Source: a virus (lineage: Duplodnaviria > Caudoviricetes). Taken from it: 28,662 bases of DNA. How positions within the stretch are numbered: position 1 is the stretch's first letter; each line of letters begins with the position of its first letter. Shown piece after piece: positions 9,981-17,078 of the stretch. The stretch covers positions 1 to 28,662 of the IMG/VR virus record IMGVR_UViG_3300020595_000145; one strand, written 5' to 3'. The notes under the pieces are model-generated. The model made no database searches. It saw only the letters and a program-made list of their open reading frames with translations, and was not told the DNA's origin. Position numbers and translations under genes: made by a program.

Positions 9981-10009
9981 ATCTTTTATTTATAATAACT
10001 TTATTCGAG

Positions 10010-10018
10010 TATAAATAT
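10010..10018 (-). promoter_or_regulatory. Putative late promoter motif ATATTTATA
   Basis: Immediately after the terminator and 29 nt upstream of the chaperone ATG. Confidence 0.6.
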
Positions 10019-10024
10019 GAATAT

Positions 10025-10053
10025 AAAAAAGAGCTTGAACGAATCCAAGCTCT
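10025..10053 (-). terminator. Rho-independent terminator after the tail tube gene
   Basis: Minus strand AGAGCTTGGA-TTCG-TTCAAGCTCT-TTTTT: 10-bp stem (one G:U), UUCG tetraloop and U-tract, about 25 nt after the tube stop. Confidence 0.85.
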
Positions 10054-10077
10054 CTTTACAAAAATATTTGTTTTTTT

Positions 10078-10566
10078 TTAGAAGTTCAAAATACAGTAAT
10101 CAGGTTGTACAGTCATTGAAATTTCAACAGCAGAATCTACTGTATCATAATTATAATCACCGAAGTTTGCTGATGTAATTAAAGCACCCTTAATAATCCA
10201 TTCTGAAACTACATCACCAACTGGGCCTAATACGTTAAATGTTAAATCTTTTTTATAGAAATCTGAATAACCATCTCTACCAGTTACTGATTCGTGGTGT
10301 AGACGTACCCATTCCATTACCGCTTGAGCACCTGAAGGGGTAATTGGGTCAAATAATGTAAAATCGATTGTGTCCCAAGTAGTTTTACCTTTAACGAAAC
10401 GTTGTACGTTAATATGATTTAAAGGTACTGTTCCTTGGGATAAAGATACACCACTTACACCTTTTACCATGAATGATGGAAAACCATCCATATACATGAT
10501 GAACCTATTAGTTTGTTTTGGTTCAAAAGCTGTGAAGAAAATTTCGTTAGGGTCTAATACTGCCAT
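10078..10566 (-). CDS. Tail tube protein (T4 gp19-like family)
   Basis: 162 aa right after the sheath; 'FEPKQTNRF...GKTTWDTIDFTLFDP...MEW...YKKD...GPVGDVVSEWIIKGA' is a typical tube signature. Confidence 0.9.
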   Translation of the reverse strand: MAVLDPNEIFFTAFEPKQTNRFIMYMDGFPSFMVKGVSGVSLSQGTVPLNHINVQRFVKGKTTWDTIDFTLFDPITPSGAQAVMEWVRLHHESVTGRDGYSDFYKKDLTFNVLGPVGDVVSEWIIKGALITSANFGDYNYDTVDSAVEISMTVQPDYCILNF

Positions 10567-10586
10567 TTTGCGTTATATTATTTTAT

Positions 10587-10595
10587 TATAAATAT
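10587..10595 (-). promoter_or_regulatory. Putative late promoter motif ATATTTATA
   Basis: 20 nt upstream of the tube ATG; context TGAATATTTATAAT is shared with the sheath copy. Confidence 0.6.
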
Positions 10596-10610
10596 TCAAC
10601 TTTTAAATCC

Positions 10611-12353
10611 TTATGATGGGAAAGTAGCTCCTGTTGGAAGTACGTTAAAGTCTAGGATAATAAATTCTGCCGTTTTAGTTGGTTGTAGAAAAATCTGGCC
10701 TACTAATTGGTTTCTATCGATAACATCTGGGGTGTTGTTACTATCATCCATTACTACTTTAAATGCATAAAGACCTTGTCTTTGTTGAACACTTTCTAAG
10801 TAAGGGTTTACTTGTGATAAGAAGTTATTTCTTGTAGCAGCAGTATTTTGTTCAAATACTAAAGTTTGAGAAATCTGACCAATATAGCTTTTTAAAGAAA
10901 TTAATAATCTTCTTACATTTACTCTATCTAAAGCACTTGCTTGACGTTGTAATGTTTTTTGTCCATATACTACTGTACCTACTCCAGGGAATGAAGCAAT
11001 TGGGTTAACTTTAGCATTATATAAAGTATCTCTATTAGATTGAGATAATTTTCTTTCTGGACGAATTACGGTGGTTAAACCACCTCTATTAATACCCGCC
11101 GGAGCGAACCATGGTTCAGAGGCATTGTCGTTAAATGCGTAAACTCCCGGAATCATTGTCGAGGCTGGTACCCATACATTATCACCAGTATCTGGATCTG
11201 ATGTTTGTAACCATGGCCAATACATAGCACCATAAGATGAGTTAATAGTACCAGCTTCTGCTACAGGACCATCGGCCGCTGAAATGGCAAGACCATATGC
11301 GGAAGGATCAATAATATAAATTGCATCTCCTCTACTTTGTACATTGTTAATAGCAGTAGTAATAGCTGTGCTATGTGCCGAAACACCTCTAATTAAACCT
11401 GGGGTAGTTAATACATTAAATTGGTAATCATCTTGGTTAGCTAATAAATTTAGCATATCACTATAATCTGCTGCTACTAAACCTTGAGTTTGGGTAGCAA
11501 TGTCCCCAAACATATTGTTAACACCTTGGGCGTTAATTAAACTACCTTCTCCATCTTCGAAAGTACCGGAATAAGAACCTGAACCTTGTGTAGGAATGTA
11601 CCCTGAGAAAGCAGCTTTAGCATTACCAGCATTATCAAAGTAATCTGGGGTTTTAAGTGATACAGATTTTACTCTTACATATCTAGAAGCATTAGGATAA
11701 TCGCCTGTTACTTTTACATAATTTTCAGTTGTATCATACTCGTATTTATAATCACCAATTACTCTAGCAACATAATTATCAGATTTAGGGTCTAATGATA
11801 ATCCTGAGAATGTTTCTAAAACAGTTTTATTAGTGTCTTTATCATCACCTCTTCTAATTAATAAATCAAAAGTACCATTATCTGATGAAGAATTTGCTAC
11901 TTCCCATCTAATATTATCTTTAGAACCTGAATATAATGCACCATCCCCATTTGGGATTTGGTTTACAGATCCAGAATTATTAAATAATTCCCCTTGATCT
12001 AAAACTTCAAGTGTAAATGCAGTTCCATCTTCAGCAGGGATTGCTGATTCAGCATAATCCCAAGTTGAAGAACCTGATACTACTCTAGCTACTAATAAAG
12101 ATTCACCTCCATTTTGGAAGTAATTATAAGCTGAGATTGATGTTAGGAATGAATATTGATCACTCCCACTGTCAAAAGTAGTACCAAAACGATTTTGATA
12201 ATCCGAATACGAAGTAACAATTGTAGGAATTTCTACAGGACCTTTTACTGTAGGACCAACAATAGCAGCACCTACTGTTACAGGTTGCTGTGTGATAAAT
12301 GATTGGTCGTTTTCCCTTGTTAATACACCAGGTGAAATTAAAGTTTCTGCCAT
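10611..12353 (-). CDS. Contractile tail sheath protein
   Basis: 580 aa; N-terminal 'SPGVLTREND', 'GPTVKGP' and C-terminal 'WFAPAGINRG...NPI..FPG.G..VYGQKTL...SALDRVNVRRLL...FEQN...PTKTAEFI' are sheath hallmarks. Confidence 0.95.
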   Translation of the reverse strand: MAETLISPGVLTRENDQSFITQQPVTVGAAIVGPTVKGPVEIPTIVTSYSDYQNRFGTTFDSGSDQYSFLTSISAYNYFQNGGESLLVARVVSGSSTWDYAESAIPAEDGTAFTLEVLDQGELFNNSGSVNQIPNGDGALYSGSKDNIRWEVANSSSDNGTFDLLIRRGDDKDTNKTVLETFSGLSLDPKSDNYVARVIGDYKYEYDTTENYVKVTGDYPNASRYVRVKSVSLKTPDYFDNAGNAKAAFSGYIPTQGSGSYSGTFEDGEGSLINAQGVNNMFGDIATQTQGLVAADYSDMLNLLANQDDYQFNVLTTPGLIRGVSAHSTAITTAINNVQSRGDAIYIIDPSAYGLAISAADGPVAEAGTINSSYGAMYWPWLQTSDPDTGDNVWVPASTMIPGVYAFNDNASEPWFAPAGINRGGLTTVIRPERKLSQSNRDTLYNAKVNPIASFPGVGTVVYGQKTLQRQASALDRVNVRRLLISLKSYIGQISQTLVFEQNTAATRNNFLSQVNPYLESVQQRQGLYAFKVVMDDSNNTPDVIDRNQLVGQIFLQPTKTAEFIILDFNVLPTGATFPS

Positions 12354-12378
12354 TGTTATATTGATTGAATGTTTTGAT

Positions 12379-12387
12379 TATAAATAT
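12379..12387 (-). promoter_or_regulatory. Putative late promoter motif ATATTTATA
   Basis: 25 nt upstream of the sheath ATG; context TGAATATTTATAAT. Confidence 0.6.
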
Positions 12388-12405
12388 TCAAAACTTTCTC
12401 AAAAA

Positions 12406-12657
12406 CTAACTATTTTTAGTAAATTCTCCAGATTCTAAATCAAAGGTCCCTTCACCATATTTGTCTTGTAACGTTTTAGCTAAACCTACTTTTTCTTTAT
12501 TAAAAGATGTTACCTGACTTAAAATACTTTCTTTTTGAAGATTTAAGTTTTGAATTTCAATTTCCAACTGTCCTAGTTGAATAATAAAATTGTTTTCTTT
12601 TTCTTGAATTGATAAAATTTGTTTTTTATCTTCTTCAGTAATATAAACTTTTTCCAT
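12406..12657 (-). CDS. Small coiled-coil hypothetical protein
   Basis: 83 aa with a heptad-like helical body and C-terminal 'KYGEGTFDLESGEF'; lies between the glycosylation block and the sheath. Confidence 0.65.
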   Translation of the reverse strand: MEKVYITEEDKKQILSIQEKENNFIIQLGQLEIEIQNLNLQKESILSQVTSFNKEKVGLAKTLQDKYGEGTFDLESGEFTKNS

Positions 12658-12659
12658 GT

Positions 12660-12668
12660 TATAAATAT
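12660..12668 (-). promoter_or_regulatory. Putative late promoter motif ATATTTATA
   Basis: Only 2 nt upstream of the ATG at 12657. Confidence 0.45.
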
Positions 12669-12672
12669 TAAT

Positions 12673-14946
12673 TTATTTTTTACTATTTAATTTATTTTTT
12701 ACTATTTTAAATACTTGGTTAGGGGTTATTGATTTCTGGCAAATATGTTGTTTGTCAGTGCCCTTCCAAATGGGACACCAATCCCAATCACCTGCATCAA
12801 AAGTGAAATTTGGGTTAGTCCAACAAGGAAAACATGCATTACCATTAGCTACTCTAGTTACTTTGGTTGTAAATTCATGACCTTTTTCAACAAAACCATT
12901 TATCATTATAGTATGTTTATTTAAAGCCCAATTAAACCATGATAAGCCTGAACCTAATCCTATAAATAGATCAGCATGTAATAAATAATTAGCTATTACA
13001 TTAAAAGGTTGATTCCATGAGTTTATTACATTAGGTAAATCAGATTGATCTTTAGTTAAAGCTACTACTTTATACCCAATTTGGTTTAATAATTTAGTTA
13101 AAATAATCCAGTTTTCTCTTGGCCATTCTTTACACCCAGCAGTAGACTGGGGGCCTATGACTACATACTTTTCTAAAATGGGTTTTGTTTGTTTTTTAAA
13201 ATCAATACCATGATTAATTTCTTTAAAATTTAAACCTAAAATATCTGTAGCTGTTTGTTGTAAAGGTATAGTATTACATTGGGTAGGATGCATATCTGTG
13301 TTTTCCCATCCCCCTTGTTCATTTCTAAACCAACCTATTTTGTAATGAGCTATACAAGGGGTTGAAGTACCAGGGTCAATAAATTGAATTTTTTTATAAG
13401 CAGGAAGATTTTTGAACCAATCATTATGAAAAGTACATAAAATAACTTTACAATTATGTTTTTCAGCAAATTCTACAGCATAGGGAGTCCAAGCTAAAGT
13501 ATCACCTAATGAACTTGAATCAATAGAAATAAATACTGGTTGGTTTTGGAGTTCTAATCTAGAAACCTCTTTTCCATTTACTTTGATTAACCAAGGAATA
13601 TAATATTCTTTACTACATTCTACCCACATATTATTATGGATAGTTTGTTGGTGAATAATTTTATTAGTATCTCTATTGATAAATTCTACTTGATATTCTT
13701 TATCAACATCCCCTATAATTTCTACCTTAGGTTTTCCTATATAATTAACACTTATAGTATTAGTATCTTTGGGTTCTTTATAATTATCTAAAAATTCTTG
13801 GATAGTATCTCTACCAATTTTTGCTACTTTATCCCAATTAAAATCTCTATGAATAATTTTTGCTTCTTCTACAGCACGTTTTTTATGATCTGTATAATTT
13901 TCAAAAGCATCACGCATTACACGAGATAAGTCTTCATAATCAGGTTCGTAATAATTGCCTACATGATTTGGATTTTTAACTTCATTTTTTATTTGTACTG
14001 GGAGGCCTTTACCTTTTGCAAATTCTAATTGCCCTGAACAGTTAGAGTAAATAGAGGGAGTACCGCAAGCCATAGCTTCAATTAAAGGTAAATTCCACCC
14101 TTCACTACGTGCACAAGATAAAAACACATTACCTTGTTTCATATAGGTAACATAATCTTCTCTACTAACAAAATGCTTTACTTTAATACGTTTATCGGTA
14201 AAACCAAAATGTTCTAACCTTTCTTCTGTAGAATTAAAATCATCATTTGCAAAATTATTATCAGCAGCTAAAATAAGATCTACAGGGTCTTCTTTAGTAA
14301 ACGTTTTTAAAAAAGTTTCAATAATTTCTTTTGTTGATTTTCTATATTCCCATCTACCAAAAAGAATAAATTTAAATCTACCATCTACATAATCTAAAGT
14401 AGTTAGAGGATCTTCAGGATAAAAAGTATTTACATCTACACCTTCGGGGACTACTTTTACTTTTTTAGGATCGGCACCTTGAGCAATAGTACAATCTGCT
14501 TGCCATTGAGAAGGAACCCACATTTGATCAAATTCTTTCCATTTATTAAAAAACCCTTTAGGTTGTTCTGTGGATTCCCATACATTATAACCAATTTTAG
14601 GACCTTTATAATAATCATAAAAATAATGATGGTTGGTTTCCATTAATACTAAATTAACATCATGATCAAATTTATCCCCATGTTTAGTATAAATTGAAGA
14701 ATCTTCTCTACTATTATCTCCAGTAGTAAGTGTTTGTTTATTTAATAAAATTTTATCTAAATCTGTAAGATAGGATTCATTATTATGGGGTTCATCTGAA
14801 AACCCTTCCCATGTATTACCTACTGTATAATTACGAACTTTAACTGGAGTTGATTTAGATAAATGTCTAAAAAAATCTCTAGTATGATTAGCATAACCTG
14901 TTGTACCTACATAGGCACCATGAGCATAAACTTTTGGTTCTTTCAT
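12673..14946 (-). CDS. Fusion of a GT4 glycosyltransferase and an Aah/TibC-like (autotransporter strand-loop-strand) O-heptosyltransferase
   Basis: N-terminal GT-B/GT4 motifs (TTGYANHTR; GRWEYRK; ARSEGWNLPLIEAMACG, i.e. E-x7-E). C-terminal half has 'SSSLGDTLAWTPY..EF..KHNC', 'HADLFIGLGSGLSW' and a four-Cys pattern CFPC...WCP...HICQK, like the iron finger of TibC/Aah. Confidence 0.8.
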   Translation of the reverse strand: MKEPKVYAHGAYVGTTGYANHTRDFFRHLSKSTPVKVRNYTVGNTWEGFSDEPHNNESYLTDLDKILLNKQTLTTGDNSREDSSIYTKHGDKFDHDVNLVLMETNHHYFYDYYKGPKIGYNVWESTEQPKGFFNKWKEFDQMWVPSQWQADCTIAQGADPKKVKVVPEGVDVNTFYPEDPLTTLDYVDGRFKFILFGRWEYRKSTKEIIETFLKTFTKEDPVDLILAADNNFANDDFNSTEERLEHFGFTDKRIKVKHFVSREDYVTYMKQGNVFLSCARSEGWNLPLIEAMACGTPSIYSNCSGQLEFAKGKGLPVQIKNEVKNPNHVGNYYEPDYEDLSRVMRDAFENYTDHKKRAVEEAKIIHRDFNWDKVAKIGRDTIQEFLDNYKEPKDTNTISVNYIGKPKVEIIGDVDKEYQVEFINRDTNKIIHQQTIHNNMWVECSKEYYIPWLIKVNGKEVSRLELQNQPVFISIDSSSLGDTLAWTPYAVEFAEKHNCKVILCTFHNDWFKNLPAYKKIQFIDPGTSTPCIAHYKIGWFRNEQGGWENTDMHPTQCNTIPLQQTATDILGLNFKEINHGIDFKKQTKPILEKYVVIGPQSTAGCKEWPRENWIILTKLLNQIGYKVVALTKDQSDLPNVINSWNQPFNVIANYLLHADLFIGLGSGLSWFNWALNKHTIMINGFVEKGHEFTTKVTRVANGNACFPCWTNPNFTFDAGDWDWCPIWKGTDKQHICQKSITPNQVFKIVKNKLNSKK

Positions 14947-14947
14947 A

Positions 14948-15697
14948 TTATCGCATTATGTGACACCCACAATCAATACCTCTAGATCCTTCAAATCCAT
15001 GGTACATAGGTTTAAGTGGAATTTTTTTATTGTTTATATGTTGTAAAATTAAAGTTTCATTAATAAATACATCATTATTATTATCTCGGTATTCTGGGTT
15101 ATGAAATATATTATAAAGCATTTCAGAAAACACGCTACAATAATCTTTTATTAAATGAGGAGGACCGATTGCTAATTGGTCATTCATTTGCCAATCCATA
15201 TTCCAATGTGGAGCGTATTCCCAAAAACTAACGTGTTCTGTACTTAGTTTAGTTATATCTGTAAGTAAATCACAATTATTAGCTACGTTATGAGTAAATA
15301 ATAAATCATAACGTGTTTTAAATACTAAATCATATTCAATACCTGAAGATTCACATAGGTCCCAAACGCGTTGTGTTGACATCCACATTCCCATTTGAGA
15401 ATTTAAACGTTGATTATTAGGACCTTTTATATCTGAAGCATCAAATTGGATAGAAGGTTCAAATAAGTATCCTTTAGGTTGATACCAATCAAGTAAATTT
15501 TGATACAAATCATTTCCTACTTCATATGTTTTTTGAACCTTACCTTCATTAAAAAAGTCATATTTTTTAAATTCAGTATCTTTCCAAGCATGAAGGTATA
15601 CATCAATATCATACTTATCTAAAAACCATTTTTTAAGTTCTTGATAACCTTCTCTATATCTACGTGGTTGACCACTAATTAATAATGCTATTTTCAT
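14948..15697 (-). CDS. Putative glycosyltransferase-like protein (SGQPR / RYD family), paralog 2
   Basis: 249 aa; 'KIALLISGQPR', 'DVYLHAW', 'YDLVFKTRYD', 'NDQLAIG', 'NETL'; resembles GT-A-like proteins of polysaccharide loci. Confidence 0.55.
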   Translation of the reverse strand: MKIALLISGQPRRYREGYQELKKWFLDKYDIDVYLHAWKDTEFKKYDFFNEGKVQKTYEVGNDLYQNLLDWYQPKGYLFEPSIQFDASDIKGPNNQRLNSQMGMWMSTQRVWDLCESSGIEYDLVFKTRYDLLFTHNVANNCDLLTDITKLSTEHVSFWEYAPHWNMDWQMNDQLAIGPPHLIKDYCSVFSEMLYNIFHNPEYRDNNNDVFINETLILQHINNKKIPLKPMYHGFEGSRGIDCGCHIMR

Positions 15698-16458
15698 CGT
15701 AAAATATGAGCTGTAAAATGTTCTGTTAAACTATTTATAAAATTAATAGGTATTTCGTTTTTTACTAAATGATACTTTAATAAACTTTCAGGACATAATT
15801 TATCAGGATGGTCTGAAATTAAAGGTTTAAACCATTCAGGGTATCCTTCATCTATGTAAATGTATTCCAACATATGGGAAAAACAATTAGAATACACATC
15901 CATAATTTCCATAGAACTAATGGCAAACAAATCATCTACTTCAGATATTCTAGTAGGATAACCATTAAGTATAGGATATTCAAATAAATTTATACCACTT
16001 AAATCTAATTGTGTAATGTCCTTTAAAATAAGACATTCAGGTGAAATATAATCTGTAAAAGCTAAATCAAATCTAGTTCTAATAACTATATCGTATTGTT
16101 TACCTGAGTCTTGGAGTAATTTATTACAAGCATAAACTGAATAATACCCACTTAGCATATTATGGAGCCTGTAGCCTAAGTGTCCTTCTATATTTGTTGT
16201 ATCAAAAGGGATAGGGTGTTGTAGAAAACTATCTTTAGGTTGATATAACTCTAATATTTTATCATAGTCATTTTCTGTGAATTTATATTCAACCAAAGTA
16301 GGAGCAAATTTATGTCCCCCAGTCATAGGAGAATTTACATCTTTCCAAGTATGAAGGTAAACATCACAATCATACTTGTCTAAAAACCACTTTTTTAATT
16401 CATGATAACCCTGTTCGTAATTACGGGGTTGACCACTAACACAAACTGCTACTTTCAT
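15694..16458 (-). CDS. Putative glycosyltransferase-like protein (SGQPR / RFD family), paralog 1
   Basis: 254 aa; 'KVAVCVSGQPR', 'DVYLHTW', 'YDIVIRTRFD', 'DDLFAIS', 'PESLL'; clearly paralogous to 14948-15697 and joined to it by an ATGA overlap. Confidence 0.55.
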   Translation of the reverse strand: MKVAVCVSGQPRNYEQGYHELKKWFLDKYDCDVYLHTWKDVNSPMTGGHKFAPTLVEYKFTENDYDKILELYQPKDSFLQHPIPFDTTNIEGHLGYRLHNMLSGYYSVYACNKLLQDSGKQYDIVIRTRFDLAFTDYISPECLILKDITQLDLSGINLFEYPILNGYPTRISEVDDLFAISSMEIMDVYSNCFSHMLEYIYIDEGYPEWFKPLISDHPDKLCPESLLKYHLVKNEIPINFINSLTEHFTAHILR

Positions 16459-17072
16459 TACTTAAAATGACCTCCTCCTAGCCAAAGTACAAATGATTTT
16501 CTAGTACCTGAAGTAACTGGGGTTACTCTATGCATTAGATAAGATGGGAATATTACTACATTACCTTTACCACGTGGTGCAGTATATGGAGACTGACCAC
16601 CTGGCCAAATTTGTAAATCACCACCTTCATATTCATCTGAATCAGATAATTGGACTGTAACAGAAATTTTACGGAATTTCATAAAACCTTCAGTTCCAAT
16701 ATCCATATGCCAATCGTAATGCCCTTTATTAGTACCATAATACTCCGTATACTGAATATTTTCTGGCATATTGTGGATATCAAAATGGAACATTTCATCA
16801 TTAGCAATTTTAGCTAACATACCAATTTTATCATAAATCCATTTAGTTTCATCACTAAACGGAACCCATTTAATCATAGAATTACGTGATTCTAAACCCT
16901 CACCTTCTGCTTGGTTTCCAGATTCAGTTACCCCAGCTTGTGAGGGAATTTCTTGTACTTGTTGTTCGAGAGTTTTTAATTCTTCTGGGGTAAAACCTTC
17001 CTCAAACCAATAATAATTACTTTGATTGACATATTTGTCAAAATCTAATGGAAAAGAATAAAGTGTCTCCAT
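16458..17072 (-). CDS. 2OG-Fe(II) oxygenase, prolyl-hydroxylase-like (PKHD/2OG-FeII_Oxy_3 type)
   Basis: HxD (YDWHMD), 'RKISVTVQLS', 'YEGGDL', distal His (FPSYLMHRVTPV) and RxS (GTRKS). Confidence 0.85.
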   Translation of the reverse strand: METLYSFPLDFDKYVNQSNYYWFEEGFTPEELKTLEQQVQEIPSQAGVTESGNQAEGEGLESRNSMIKWVPFSDETKWIYDKIGMLAKIANDEMFHFDIHNMPENIQYTEYYGTNKGHYDWHMDIGTEGFMKFRKISVTVQLSDSDEYEGGDLQIWPGGQSPYTAPRGKGNVVIFPSYLMHRVTPVTSGTRKSFVLWLGGGHFK

Positions 17073-17078
17073 ATTTTT

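Noticed and set aside
1360-12353. Bacterial extracellular contractile injection system / tailocin
   Set aside because: The adjacent polymerase-like gene, tape measure with a chaperone pair, phage-type late motif and absence of eCIS AAA ATPase or toxin cargo favour a phage genome. Capsid genes are not in the window, so this is not formally excluded.
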